Positions 1-14,235 of a DNA stretch of 64,000 nt are shown here, piece by piece. The notes below the pieces were generated by a model. That model did not search any database. It was not told where the DNA came from and saw nothing but the letters and a program-made list of their open reading frames with translations. The DNA lies in assembly GCA_951406725.2 (NCBI GenBank), contig OX597815.1, positions 165,106,001 through 165,170,000 on the forward strand, written 5' to 3'. Position 1 is the stretch's first letter; each line of letters starts with the position of its first letter. The stretch comes from Octopus vulgaris. Its lineage: Eukaryota. The translations under genes and the position numbers were made by a program.

Positions 1-235
1 TGTGTCTAACAACAGGCTCTACACCATGTCACACAAGCAGGAGAACCCAGTCATGGGTGTCAGATAATGTCTGCAACCACACCACCCCTAACATCTGGCC
101 ACCTAACTCCCCAGACTGCAACCCTCTTGATTATTATGTGTGGGGCATAGTTGAGCGAGGGACCAACAAAACTAGTAACACCAAAGATGAAAGGCAAGGG
201 TTATGGCAGCATTCACCAACTTAAACAGGGAGACT
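1..235 (+). mobile_element. Tc1/mariner-superfamily transposase remnant (DD37D/maT-like catalytic region), frameshifted
   Basis: Translates across one frameshift to QQ..PCHTSRRTQSWVSDNVCNHTTPNIWPPNSPDCNPLDYYVWGIVE; WPPNSPDxNPLDY is the third-Asp motif typical of maT/DD37D-type transposases. Confidence 0.75.
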
Positions 236-377
236 TAACTCTTAAACGTAACAACTTAAACTCTTCCATATTTCAAGACATTTTAATGTAATTTTGGTAA
301 ATATATGTTAAAAGGAAATGTCAGTGTTATTTTCATTTTTGCATAATTTAGACAACAGTTTATTCACCACACCTTTT

Positions 378-428
<51 letters not shown>

Positions 429-524
429 ACACACACACAAACATACACACATACACTCATACATATATATATAAACACACACACATACACACATATATAT
501 GTGTTTGTGTGTATGTGTGTGTGT

Positions 525-752
525 GTGTGTGAATTGTTTGTATTTGTGTTTGTGTTTGTCCCCCACTGCTCCATGACAACTGATATTGGTTTGTTTACAT
601 CCCATAACCTAGTAGTTCAGCAAAAAGAGGATGATAGAATAAGTACTAAGCTTAAAAATAAAAAACAGTTCTGGGGTCAATTTGTTTGACTAAGTCATTC
701 AAGGTGGCCCCAGCATAGCTGTAATCCAATGACTGAGACCAGTGAAAAACTA
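525..752 (+). mobile_element. SINE family 1, diverged 3' half
   Basis: tgtttgtccccc...gatagaataagtact...ctggggtcaatttgtttgact...caatgactgagacc matches the 3' half of the full copy at 23476-23878. Confidence 0.75.
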
Positions 753-2328
753 AAAAGTGAAAGGTAAGCCATTGTCAAGGTCAGGCTTACTGTCATTGTC
801 AAGGTCATCCAGTAAAATCTTTTCTGATAGTACTTCCACTTTCACTCTTATTCTCTTGCTTCCTCCCCTTTCCTCATTTGTCACTCCCACTACCATCTCT
901 CTCTTGGTTGCAGCATCTGTTTTTCCTCTCCTCTATATCTCTAGAGCAGCATATATTTCACTGTTGCCATCCTCTCTCTCTCTCTGTCTCTGTCTATCTG
1001 TCTGTCTGTCTCTCTCTCTCTGTCTCTTCCATTACATTTCTCAGTCATGTTCTCCAGCTGCTCCCTCCACACCCTCTTCTTTTTTTGTTTCCTATTCTTC
1101 TCTTCTAGTTTCCGAATACACACATACACACACACATACACACACACACACACATACATTCACCACCCCATCAAATATATATTACGACTTCATTGTAAAA
1201 CATAATAAATATGAAAATGAATAAAAAAAAAATATTGACTGCAAAAAAATTTACTACAATTATGAACTTAATCTTTCTCTCCTTTGTGAAAATTCCAATA
1301 GGAATATCAAATACAAATCACATAGAAGAAAAAGAAGAAGAAGAAGAAGAAGAAGACGGAGAAAATAGAAATGAAAGCTTGTTTCAATACTTTCCCCTTT
1401 ACTTAAAAAAAGAATTTAAATAATTTTTTTAAGTAAAAAAAAATAGTTGATATTCTCAAGGATTTTGAAGAAAAAAAAAAGAAAGCAAATTACTTTATAT
1501 TTTTTCTTCTTATTTTATTTAATCTGAGTCTTTTCTTGTGTAATTTTCTTGAACTAGTTATGTCAACTTTCAGCAGGAATAAATTATGAAATAAATAAAT
1601 AAATAAATAAATAATCATTACCAGAATGATCAACCTCCATCTCAGCACCAAGACAACTATCACCTCACCACCACTTACACCATAACTAAAATCATCACCC
1701 AATCAAAAGCACATTCCCCCACTCAAACCCCCCAAAATAACAACTGCTGACATTGACACTAGCTCCAATACAAGCAATACAACCACAAATTCTGTCGCTT
1801 GCAGCCTCACCAAAATATTCTGACCAGTGTTAACCATTGTCATCATCACCTGCTTTTAACAATATTTTCCATACTGGCATTTCCATACGGGCATGTGTTT
1901 GACAGTTTGTGTTGGGGAACTGTACCAAACTTTCTAGCACCAAGCACTTTACAAAGTGTACTGGGTGCTTCATATGTGGCACCAACACCAATGAAGTCAC
2001 CAAATAACTTGCAAGATAAAGACTCCTCAACTGAGAGTAGAGAGTAGTATTAAGAGAGATGGCTTAGTGCTGAGTAACAAAAAGTTAAAGCAAGTCAGAG
2101 GGACAGAAACAATTCTCTTACTGTAAAAGGGATACATAGCTACCTAGTTGGAAAAAAGAGGAAAGAGAGAGAGAGTAGATGGTAGTGGTGAAGATGTATT
2201 GTGGTGGGGTGTAACCTCAAGGTATATGGAGTTGAATATAAGCGACATGGTACAGAGGATTGGATAGGGTGAGAAGGTATGAAGTTCTCAAGAGTGCGGA
2301 ACCACACCAACAATATTACTCGAAGCAG

Positions 2329-2537
2329 TAAGATGGTGAGCTGTTAGAATCATTACCACACCAGGAAAAAATGCTTAGCGGCATTTCGTCCATCTTCATG
2401 GTCTGAGTTCAAATTTCACTGAGGTCAACTTTGCCTTTCATCCTTTTGGGGGTCGATAGAATTAGTACTAGTTGAGAACTGGGGTCAATGTAATCGACTT
2501 ACGCCTTCCCCCAAAATTGCTTATGCCAGGATTTCAA

Positions 2538-2601
<64 letters not shown>

Positions 2602-2610
2602 TTACTACTA
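2329..2610 (+). mobile_element. SINE family 2 copy followed by (TAC)n tract
   Basis: gagctgttagaatc...aaatgcttagcggcatttcgtc...ctgagttcaaatt (B-box-like)...ctttgcctttcatccttt; (TAC)n at 2539-2610. Confidence 0.8.
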
Positions 2611-3474
2611 CAACCATCAAAACAACAATCACTACCTATGTCTTTATCACTACTACTACCAAAACATCCAGTGCTACTGACACTACCAATAAAACAACAA
2701 CCATCACTATTATTGCTAACACTATGTTTCCAACCATGACTACCACCAAAACACGGAGAACTACCAGAACAACTACCATTACCATAACTACTGCTGAAAT
2801 CACAAAACTACTGCCAAAACAGCAATCACTACCTGTATGACCACAGCAACCATTACCCTTGTTATCACAAGGGTATGATTACAGCTATTACCTCTGTCAC
2901 AAGCATATCACAAACACAACAACAAAAAAAAACACCACCACCACTAATAGCAACACCACAACAACAATAGTACCACAACTATCACCACCCAAGAGATTTG
3001 ATGCCAGAATTTCAATGGTAAAAGATTTAATGCCAAAATCTTGAAGGATAAGGAAGAAAAGAGAGCATGAATGGCTATAAAAATAATCTAAAAATAAAAA
3101 AAAGACAAAAGAAAAGGGGCAAAAAAAACAAAAAAAACTGAAGCCAGAAAAAAAACAACAACAACAAAACAAATGAATAACAAAAATAAAACAAGCAAAA
3201 ACTCCCCCAGAAATAACAAAAATGAAGTAAAATAGACCAAATAGAATTCTCTGGAAATATGTGGATCGATATTAAAGCAGACAGGTTCATACACATAAAC
3301 CAATTGAAAAATATGTTTTATCCAGAGAGAATTAGAATTTCATTTTATTTATTTATTTATTTATCTAGATCTTTATTTTTCTTTTGCGTTCTTTCTTCTC
3401 AATTTCTGTTATGTTTCTCTTATTTTCCTTTTAGTTCTTTTATAATGATTTCTTACCACATCTGAGAATGTGCA

Positions 3475-3505
<31 letters not shown>

Positions 3506-3614
3506 TATTATATGAAGTCTGCATACAGACAAAATAATAGTTTTGTTACTGGTATTTACCTATGTACATGCATATGTGTGTATGCATCTGCATATACCAC
3601 ACGATTTATCAACT

Positions 3615-3662
<48 letters not shown>

Positions 3663-3686
3663 ATAAATATATATATGTATGTGTAC

Positions 3687-3726
<40 letters not shown>

Positions 3727-3862
3727 TGTATGTATGTATGTATACACACAGATATACATATACACATTTACACATACTCACTCATATATATCCTATGACA
3801 GCAAGGTAAGCAGATGTAAGATGATGATGATGACTTATAATGTGATTATAAGTGAGCAGGTA

Positions 3863-3924
<62 letters not shown>

Positions 3925-3965
3925 TACATATACATATATATATACATATATATATAAATATATAC

Positions 3966-3998
<33 letters not shown>

Positions 3999-4033
3999 CA
4001 TATACATATACATATATGTACATACATATATAC

Positions 4034-4091
<58 letters not shown>

Positions 4092-4591
4092 TCACACACA
4101 TATATAGATTTATTTTTGAAGTAACCTCAAAGTTTCACCTGTTGAGGTTTTTTCAAATTTTGTGGCTGTGTGTGTGTGTTTTTAAATCCATCCATATATG
4201 TGTATTAAAGTAGCAAGTAATTTTCTAGAATACATGCATTAATGGTATTTTATGTGTGTGCATGCATGCACACATATGTACATACATGCAACATACATAC
4301 ATACATATATACGTACATATGTACCTGTACATGTCTATGTATGGATGTGTGTACATGTGTGTCTGTGTGTGTGTAATGTGTATGTGTCTGCTATTTTGCA
4401 TTTATTTAAAAAGTCCATTTAGAAAATTTTCTGTAATATATTTTAACTACAGAGCCAAATCTTTTCGTCTTATATTCCTTTGATGTATGTTGCACATATG
4501 GCTGTGTCTCAGTGCAATATGCAACTATGGTGTTGCAGATTGGCAACAGTATACACTTTCTTGCTATACTATTTTGATACATAACTTTATA

Positions 4592-4629
<38 letters not shown>

Positions 4630-4655
4630 CACATATATGCACGCACACACACACA

Positions 4656-4698
<43 letters not shown>

Positions 4699-5344
4699 GT
4701 ATGTATCCATGTATATATGAATGTGCATATATGTATGTATTTAAGTATATGTGTATACTTGAATATAGAAATGTGTGTATATAAAAAAACTGTATGAATC
4801 CAGATCTACACATTCACATGTGTGTTTATATATACATACACACACACCCACACATACATACATACATACATACATACATACATACATACATACATACATA
4901 CATGCATACATACATACATATGAATAGTCAAGTAATCACTAACATTTAAGAGTTTATGTATGTGTAGCATATATGTGAATGTGATTACACATCTATATAT
5001 ACATTTATGTTAATATATATTTTATGCACAAACATTATGGTATTAGAAAAATCTAAGATAAAAATTTATGGAGTAAGATTATAGTTTATAACACCTTTGC
5101 TGTAGGAAATAAACACATGTAAATACAGCTTGTTGTTCTCTTTGCACACAGGAAAATAAAGTAGATTAATCAAATATCTTCTATGTATGTATGTATTTAT
5201 GCATGTATGTGTGTGTATGTATGTAAGTATGTATGTATGTCTGTATGTATGTATGCATGTATGTATGTATTTATGCATGTATGTGTGTGTGTATATATGT
5301 GTTTGCATGTATATATAAATATATATATATATTAATATATATAC

Positions 5345-5393
<49 letters not shown>

Positions 5394-5430
5394 TACACAT
5401 ACATAAATATGTATATACATATATACATAA

Positions 5431-5487
<57 letters not shown>

Positions 5488-5519
5488 TACATATACACAT
5501 ATATACATATATGTACATG

Positions 5520-5589
<70 letters not shown>

Positions 5590-5644
5590 TATATACACAC
5601 ATATATATATATATACACACACATATATATATGTGAGTTTGTAT

Positions 5645-6400
5645 AGAAAGAGGTGTAAGACAAGGATATGTTATCACCACATCTATTCAAAATTTATACT
5701 AAGTATTTATTCAAATTCAAACGAGATCAAAAGACTCGCAGTGAATGGCAAGAACATATCCAATATAAGATATTCTGATGATACAGTTTTATTGGTTGAC
5801 AGTAATGAGAAATTACAAGAAATTGTTTATGTCATAAAAGCATAAATATGAATATGGAAAAAAGACAATGACAATGGTTATTAGTAAGATAGAATGATAG
5901 GAAGTAAATGTAAAAGTAGATGGGTAGAAGATTAAAACAAGTAAAAAAACTTAAGTATTTAGAACAAATAATAAATCAAGAAGGTTGCTGTGTGAAAGTT
6001 AGTCAGACTAAATAAAGGTAAAGCTGTATTTATAAGAATGGAAAAGATCTCCACCTCAAAGGATATAACATTGCACCTACAACTGAAGATTGTAAACCGT
6101 TATGTTATGCAAATTGTCCTCTATGGAGTAGAAACTTAGACTATGTATAGAGTAATGGAGTAGATAGTTGTCGTTGAGTTGTGAATTTTTTCTAGATTGG
6201 AAAGAATAAGCTAAGAAGACAAGGTAACAATTGCTGCAGTACTAGAAAAGCTGGGAGTCCAAATGCACACTTCATCAAGAATCAAGTCTACAAAACTTCA
6301 GATTTTGGACATATATTACACTGCAAGTCATTGCCCAGGATCATACTAATAGGAAGTGTGGAGAAGAAGAGAGCAAGAGGCTGTCAAAGATCTTTGTCGC
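5645..6400 (+). pseudogene. Degenerate RTE/BovB-like LINE reverse transcriptase fragment
   Basis: [10 protein letters not shown] and VNGKNISNIRYSDDTVLL (YADD-type motif) followed by KYL, LYGVET* segments; many stops and frameshifts. Confidence 0.8.
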
Positions 6401-6561
6401 ACTCGAATGCCAGATGTAGAACTATGAAGTTTATAAATTATGTTTTCATGTGGACATTCAAAATTGTATGTTACATTGTTAATGAAAAGTACTGTAGTTT
6501 GCTACTTTGTGATTTCATGTTGATAAAGAGGCTTTCCATCTGGTGATTTTGTAATATATTC

Positions 6562-6875
6562 TTTTCTACTCAAGGCACAAGGCTCAAAATTTTGGGGAGG
6601 AGGGGCAGTCTATTAGATCGAGCCCCAGTACACAACAGACGATGAAATACCTATTTCTTTACTAACCACAAGGAGCTAAACACAGAGGGGACAAACAAGG
6701 ACAGACAAACGGATTTAGTCGATTACATCGACCCCAGTGCATAACTGGTACTTATTTAATCGACCCCGAAAGGATGAAAGGCAAAGTCGACCTCGGCGGA
6801 ATTTGAACTCAGAATGTAACGGCAGGCGAAATACTGCTAATCGTTTTGCCCGGCGTGCTAACGTTTCTGCCAGCT
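6562..6875 (-). mobile_element. SINE family 2
   Basis: Reverse complement of the 8651-8890 consensus (gctggcagaaacgttagcacgccggg...gagttcaaattccgccgaggtcgactttgcc). Confidence 0.85.
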
Positions 6876-7524
6876 ATAAAGAATTTGTAGTTACATGTAA
6901 TATAAGCATTATACATTATAGGTTTTTCCATGATGTATTCATTCTGTTCTGGGTATGACTTTAAACTACATCCGGTAGTGGGGCTCTGATTCTGGATTTC
7001 CAAGGTTTTGAAAAGTGTGGGGCAACAATTGTTCTCAGGTCTGCTATGAATCAAAGTAGTAGCACTTGTTAGGGCCCCAACTGTGGGCTAAATAACATGT
7101 AAATAATGATCAGCTGTGAACAAGGAATAAATAATCCCAGACCAAATCACAGGTGGCCCCTTGGCAAGGACTGGCAGCAAGGAACCATCCGAGCCAAGGT
7201 TATATTGAAATCATGAGATGCAGCATGAGGGATATGAACTATTTCTGCAAATTAACTTATAGAACCAATGTCGAGTGTCACTAAATGCTGAGCAGCTAAA
7301 CAGACAACAAACAAACTGTCAATGGCCAGGATCAATCAGTTCAGTTAGTGAACTACTTCTATCATCTGGGCAGATAAGACATTCAGTTATTGAAAGACCA
7401 ATATAATTTATTGATGTGGGCAAGTTGCCTGACCAGAAGATGACGGTGGTGATGATGATGATGATGATACATTCTGTAAGCACGGTGCAACTGATTTTTT
7501 TGTAGTTCTTAAAGTAAAATGATG

Positions 7525-7858
7525 AGGCTCAGGGGTTAGAGTGTGGGACTCCCAAACATGAGGTAGTGAGTTTGATTCCTGGACTGGGCATTGTGTTATG
7601 TTCTTGAACAAACCACCTTATTTTCATGTTACTCCAGTTCACTCAGCTGTAGAAATGAGTTGCAATGTTACTGGTGCCAAGCTGTATTGGACTTTGTCTT
7701 TGCCTTAAATAAAATCAGTGGCATGGAGAAGGGAGGCTGGTATGCATGGGTGACTGCTGATCTTCCATAAATAACCTTGCCCAGATTTGTGCTTTTGAGG
7801 ATAACTTTCTAGGTGCAGTCCCATGGTCATTCATGACCGAAGGGGTTCTTTACCCTTT
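7525..7858 (+). mobile_element. tRNA-derived SINE family 3
   Basis: A-box-like ggctcaggggttag, B-box-like gagtttgattcc, core gttcttgaacaaa...ctccagttcactcagctgtagaaatg shared with 38770-38965, 58995-59190 and 63690-63950. Confidence 0.7.
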
Positions 7859-7989
7859 AAAGTGTGGTTAGTATTTTTATGGATGCAGCATTAGTTGTGT
7901 CAATATGAGAAAATTTGTTCTATGGTACTCTGTACTCACGGGGTGCCTGTTGGTAACTAATGATTCTTTTACTGGCAAGACTTTCTTGT

Positions 7990-8219
7990 TTAACTCTTTA
8001 GCATTTAAACTGGCCATATCAGGCCCAAATATTCTCCCTGTTTTAAGGAGGGCAAACCTACCAGATCAGGCCTCTTGCACTCACCCTACAATGTCATTTA
8101 AAAAGAAACAGTCACATCACTGAAATCTCAAAGCTACAAGACAATGCATGATTACTTCAAAACAATGTGAATAAATAAGCATTGCAGTCGACAGAGTAAG
8201 CTAAATGTTAAAGAGTTAA
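7990..8219. mobile_element. TTAA-flanked MITE (piggyBac/Kolobok-type ends), 230 bp
   Basis: TTAA at both ends; imperfect TIR ctctttagcattta / taaatgttaaagag; second copy at 45651-45878. Confidence 0.75.
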
Positions 8220-8384
8220 AGCTTCTTTATTGGCAATAAAATTTTAATGCACGTCTAAGGTATTTGATTATAGATATTTTATATCCATGGTGATATTTTC
8301 TGTCTTTGTGTATATGTAGCATAGGGATTTGTTTGTTTGCTGTTTTGCATATACTTGGTTACTGTATTATATATATATATGCAT

Positions 8385-8560
8385 TGGTGCTGGTATGATT
8401 GTGTGGTTAAGAATGCTTTTCAACCATATGGTTTCAGGTTCTGTCTCACTCACTGCATGTCATCTTGGGTAAGGGTCTTTTACTATAGCCAAAGTCAATC
8501 AAAGGCTTGTGAGTAGATTTGGTAGACTGAAACATGTGTGTGTGTGTGTGTGTGTGTTTG
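8385..8560 (+). mobile_element. SINE family 1, diverged 5' half
   Basis: gtgtggttaag...caaccatatggtttcaggtt...cttgggtaagggtcttttactatagcc...cttgtgagtagatttggtagactgaaac. Confidence 0.65.
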
Positions 8561-8650
8561 AGTGAGAGTCAGCATGTTCATGTTTCCTTGCTATGACATT
8601 GTGTGACTGTTGTAAATGAATGTCATTCATTTTCAATATCCTGCGAAGAT

Positions 8651-9068
8651 AAGGTGGCGAGCTGGCAGAAACGTTAGCACGCCGGGCAAAATGCTTAGCA
8701 GTTTTTCATCTGCCGTTACGTTCTGAGTTCAAATTCCGCAGAGGTCGACTTTGCCTTTTATCCTTTCGTGGTTGATAAATTAAGTACCAGTTATGCACTG
8801 GGGTTGATGTAATCAACTTAATCCCTTTATCTGTCCTTGTTTGTCCTCTCTATGTTTAGCCCCTTGTGGGCAATAAAGAAATAAGAAAAGTTAGCACACC
8901 GGGTGAAATGCTTAGCAGTATTTCGTCTGTGTTTACATTCTGAGTTCAAATTCCCTTCATCCTTTCAGGGTCGATAAATTAAGTACCAGTTGTGTACTGG
9001 GGTTAATCTAATTGACTGCCCCTCCCTCCCCCAAAATTTCGGGCCTTGTGCTTAGAGTAGAAAAGAAT
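8651..9068 (+). mobile_element. SINE family 2, tandem dimer
   Basis: Two head-to-tail units, each with gagttcaaattcc and tcgataaattaagtaccag. Confidence 0.85.
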
Positions 9069-11109
9069 ATTCTGCAAAGATATTTCCATATTTCCATGGG
9101 GGCATATTACCTTACTCAGAAACTGGGGATGGTTGGCAACAGGAAGTGGATCCTGCCATCAAAAATCTGCCTCGATGAATGCTGCCTGAGCCATGTAAGC
9201 ATGGAAAAGTGGATATTAAAATACTGATGATAATAATAAAGATGATATTCCTTATTCCTATAATGATATCTAATGATAGGGTGGTGTTATGGTCTGACTT
9301 CATGTTATAGCTACATTGTATTACATACAAATGTAATGATGGAATAATTTTCAAGCTTATTTTAAAGTCAATCATTCTATTTTCAGACAAACCTGCCACA
9401 ATCAATATATCACCAATACTAACATCAATACTATAATGAAGGTGATGATTTAAACCAAACATTATTTTATAGCAGAGTTAAATATGCTTTTTTTGGTGTA
9501 GAATTAATATATATTGCGGATGGTACACAACAATAAACCCATCTCCATATTCATGTAGCTCTTTCTGCAGTCTTATACAATATACATAATGATACCGAAT
9601 CGTTTATGACATGATGCAACATTTACCATTATGCAAGAGATATATGCATATGTGTATATATATATATGTGTGTGTGTATATATACCCACATATATATATA
9701 TATATATTGGTACAAGTTCAAAGAAACAATAGCCAAATTGGTGGCATATGCATAAAGAAAATAAACAAATTTCAATGTTATATGTTTATCTATTACATAC
9801 ATACATAGACACATATATAACATACATACATACACATGCACATACATACATATATACATACATACATACATACATACATACATACATACATACATACATG
9901 CATACATACATACATACATACATACATACATACATACATACACACATACATACATACATGCATACATACATACTAGCAAGTGTATACGCACGCACACAAA
10001 CAAGCATGTTCACACATATACACAGAGAAAATAAAATAGGCATCAATCTCATTTTTATGTCTGAGAAGTGCATCCATCCATTAAAACATTATAAAACAGT
10101 CAATTTTGGAGACAACAATCTACCGTCAGATTAACAAAGTTGAGCAACATTTACACAGATGACTGAATTCTTGGCAAAAACTTTTATTTCTCTATCATTT
10201 AAAGTGTTTGGCATGAAACATGTTTTTAACTCGAACATTTGTCTGCTCTCTTAAACATTTTAGATTATTAGAAAACTTTGAGTCAGAGATATTTTTAGGG
10301 ACATTACAGTGAAGTAACACTTCTCTCTTCTCTTTTGTTAAGTCATACAGAATTATATGAGACTTGTTGTTTTTTTCCTTTTTCTTTAAATAGTCATTTC
10401 ATTCGATCATATATAGTATTGGTAACAAGCAGTGACATAATACAGTGTCATTGAGGAGATATACTTTTATGAGTAGTATGCTAAAAGACTTTATTCCCTC
10501 AGGTAATGTATAGAAACAATGCAGCATCTATTTTAATTTTGTTTTAGTCTTTCATTGTTATTTAAGAAGGCGAACTGAATTGATTTTAGTGTAAGGGATC
10601 AGGAAAATGTGTTCAGATGTGAAAAGATTTCTTTTTGATTTAATATGATATGAGTTAAATCTTAGTGTTTACTAAGAACATATGAGAGAAGGAAAAAAGA
10701 ATGTGATATTTGGTGTGTATTAGAGAGAGGAAAAGGGAGAGAGAGAGAGAGTGAGAGAGAAAGAAGGAGAGAGTGAGATAGAGAGAAGGAGAGAGTGGGA
10801 TGGAGAGAAAAAGAAATCATAGCATGAATGATGAATCAGAAAAGTGAATGTAATAGCTCTGTGTGAGTGAGAGTTAGATGGTACTGCAAGCAAATTTGGT
10901 GTGATAAGTGAGAAGCAACTATAAGAGTCTGAACCAGTAGATCAGTGATGTCTGGATTATTTATTTTTCATATGCAACACATTTTACGGCAGCTGAATAT
11001 CTGCTTGTAGAAGACTGAAACTGAACCACTTTGCAACCTTATGTTGAGTTTAATTACTGTTATATTACATATCCTGTTAAGAATTGAAGGCAGTGAGTTA
11101 GCAGAATTG

Positions 11110-11530
11110 TTTCTTATTTCTTTATTGCCCACAAGGGGCTAAACATAGAGGGGACAAACAAGGACAGACAAAGGGATAAAGTCGCTTGCATCGACCCCAG
11201 TGCGTAACTGGTACTTAATTTATCGACCCTGAGAGGATGAAAGGCAAAGTTGACGTCGTCGGAATCCGAATTCAGAATGTAACGGCAGATGAAATACCTA
11301 TTTCTTTACTACCCACAAGGGGCTTAACACAGAGGGGACAAACAAAGAAAGACAAACAGATTAAGTTGAGTATATTAACCCCAGTGCATAACTGGTACTT
11401 AATTTATTGACCCCGAAAGGATGAATGGCAAAGTTGACCTCGGCGGATTTTGAACTTAGAATGTAGCGGCAGATGAAATACTGCCAAGCATTTTGTCTGG
11501 CATGCTAACGTTTCTGCCAGCTCGCCGCCT
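11110..11530 (-). mobile_element. SINE family 2, tandem dimer
   Basis: Two ~190-bp reverse-complement units (cccacaaggggct...gaaaggcaaagttgac...). Confidence 0.85.
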
Positions 11531-11669
11531 ATTGTTACTGAATTGCAGAATTATTACTACAGTGGACAAAATGCTTGGCAGTATTATATTAAGTCTTTAT
11601 ATTTAATTATAATTTGTATTTTTTTTTGTATTTCATAAGACAAATTTTTGTTATTTTTGCTGCAAAAAG

Positions 11670-12465
11670 CAGTGTGTGGGTAGAATCATTAGCATTTCAG
11701 ACAAAATGCTTAGAAGCCTGTCTTCTGACTCTTTATCTTATGAGTTCACAATAGGGTGTGGCTTACCCTCTCAGCTTAGAATTATTCTGCCAATATTGGA
11801 AGCCATTATAAGGCAACAAATTGGCAGAATTGTTTGTGCATTGGTCAAAGTGGTTAACAGCATTTCTTCCAGCACTTTACCTTCTGAGATCAACTTTGCT
11901 TTTTATCCCATTGGGGAGGTTGATAAACTAAATACCAATTGAGCACTGGGGGGAATAACTTACACTCTTCCCTAAAATTGCTGGCCTTGTGCCAGAATTT
12001 GAAACCATTACTATTAAAAGGTGGAAGGTGGTGAATTGGCTGAATCATTACCGCGCTGGACAAAATGTTTAGCGGTTTTTCCTCCGTCTTTATGCTCTAA
12101 GTTCAAATTCCACAGAAGTCAACTTTCCCTTTCATCTTTTTTGGGTCAATAAAATTAGTACCAGTTGAATACTGGGGTAAATTACATTGACTTAACCTCT
12201 TCCCCGAAATTGTTGGCTTTTTGCCAAAATTTGAAATCATTATTTTTAAAAGGTGGCAAACAAGCAGAATCATTAGAACATTGGATAAAATGCTTAGTGG
12301 CAGTTCCAGTTCTTTATGTTCTGAGTTCAAATATCACCAAAGTCAACTTTGCTTTTCATTCTTTCGGGGTTGATGAAATAAAGAGCCAGTTAGGTATTGG
12401 GGTTGATGTAATTGACTCACTCACTTCCCCTAAAATTGCTGGTCTTCTGCCTAAAATTGAAACAA
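11670..12465 (+). mobile_element. Head-to-tail array of about 4 diverged SINE family 2 copies
   Basis: Recurrent gaatcatta...caaaatgcttag...gttcaaat...caactttgcttttcat...cctaaaattgctgg...gaaacc at ~200-bp spacing. Confidence 0.75.
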
Positions 12466-12599
12466 CAATGTTTGCTGCACACCTTACCAACATAGCATCA
12501 AGTGTACCATGATGTACCATCTGGATCTACTGTTATAGATTAACATCATGTTACCATGAATGAATGAGGTACAGTTCTATATTTAAGAGATGAGGAATT

Positions 12600-12812
12600 T
12601 TTTTTTTCTTTTACTTGTTTCAGTCATTTGACTGCGGCCATGCTGGAGCACCGCCTTTAGTCGAGCAAATCGACCCCGGGACTTATTCTTTGTAAGCCCA
12701 GTACTTATTCTATCGGTTTCTTTTGCCGAACCACTAAGTGACGGGGACGTAAACACACCAGCATCGGTTGTCAAGCAATGCTAGGGGGAAAAGCACAGAC
12801 ACACAAACACAT

Positions 12813-12843
<31 letters not shown>

Positions 12844-13013
12844 CATATATACGACAGGCTTCTTTCAGTTTCCGTCTACCAAATCCACTCACAAGGCATT
12901 GGTCGGCCCGGGCTATAGCAGAAGACACTTGCCCAAGATGCCACGCAGTGGGACTGAACCCAGAACCATGTGGTTGGTTAGCAAGCTACTTACCACACAG
13001 CCACTCCTGCGCC
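12600..13013 (-). mobile_element. SINE family 1, full length, low divergence
   Basis: Reverse complement of 23476-23878 with tRNA-like head (gtggctgtgtggtaag ... gggttcagtccc) and internal (TA)/(TG) tract. Confidence 0.9.
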
Positions 13014-13062
13014 TATATGTATGTACATTTGACAGATATTTCTCCTCATCTTGTTTGTTGTT

Positions 13063-13108
13063 AACACAACATTTCGGCTGATATACCTTCCAGCCTTCTT
13101 CAGGTGTT
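13063..13108 (-). ncRNA. Minimal type-I hammerhead ribozyme motif (Penelope pLTR-like)
   Basis: Minus strand: AACAC-CUGAAGA-A-GGCUG(gaagguauau)CAGCC-GAAA-UG-UU-GUGUU; 5-bp stem I, 5-bp stem II, GUU cleavage triplet. Confidence 0.75.
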
Positions 13109-14076
13109 TTGGGGAAATTTCGAACCTGGGTTCTCATTCCTAAGGTATTTTTCAATCGTCGTCGTTGTCGTCGCTGTCATTGTTGCCGCCACCGCCACCT
13201 GCTGCCGCTGCTGATCCACATTGTTGACAGACACAAAAAGACTGGTTATATTCAAATACAAAGTAATTTGACTACCAGTTCACAAATCTTGATCTACCTC
13301 CGATTTTTGTCTCTGTCTGTCTATGAAATACACTTAATTCTACTTTCCCTCAATTCATATCTAGCTGATACAAAATAACTGTAAAGAATATTGACTTTAT
13401 AAAGTTACCTTATTCAAGAGGAACTTCATCTCTTTTCTCATTTACACATTGCATATTTGAATTCTCTTGATGTCCAGTCTTGCTGTTATTGCAAACAATA
13501 AATGTATCTTTATGTATAAGTGAGTGGGATAGTTCAAACACGATGCACTTTTGTACATAAGAGCATCATAATGGAAGCAAAATATAAAATATTTCTACAG
13601 TTCTAATGACAACAGCAATATCCATTATTACAGAATTCTGTCTGTCTTTTTACTTTGTCCTGACAACAAAGAACCGAATCCAGTTAGAGAGAAGAGACAG
13701 TAGCAAATATGTTGGAATCACATAACAATGGTTAAATAAACAGTTAGTAATGGAGAAAGAATAATGATAGAGGGGGTAAGTGGTGCTGAGCGTGGGTGAG
13801 ATTAAAGTTGATTGGTGACAAGACTAGCTGTTTGAAATATGGAATAGTGGTGGTTGTGATGGTGGTGGTGGTGGTTGTGGTAATAGTGGTAGTTGTGGTG
13901 ATGGCAGTGGTTGTAGTAGTGATGGTGATGATGAGCAGCATTTAACAGATGGACTTATTCTGTCTATGACAACAGTCCATTGTTTCTTAAAGGAACAGAC
14001 ATTCTAATCGTAATTGAATAATTACATTATTGAATTAATCAGTTTATTCTCTTTTTCTTTCTTTCAAATGACATAG

Positions 14077-14235
14077 CCATAAGAGAAAAGGCTATGCCCA
14101 TGACCTTTTACAGGGCCTCCAAGACTCATGGGAGGGAGGAATGGAAAGAGGGAGAGAGGAAATTATCGTCAGACTTGAAACCTGACCTGAAAGCTTACAA
14201 CAAATTGGACTTTACTAAAGATATCCAAGGGCCAG
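14077..14235 (+). CDS. Candidate internal coding exon of an unidentified host gene (159 nt, phase 1-1)
   Basis: Polypyrimidine tract plus acatag acceptor, ccag|gtagt donor, open frame xIREKAMPMTFYRASKTHGREEWKEGERKLSSDLKPDLKAYNKLDFTKDIQGPx, non-repetitive and GC-richer than its flanks. Confidence 0.45.
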
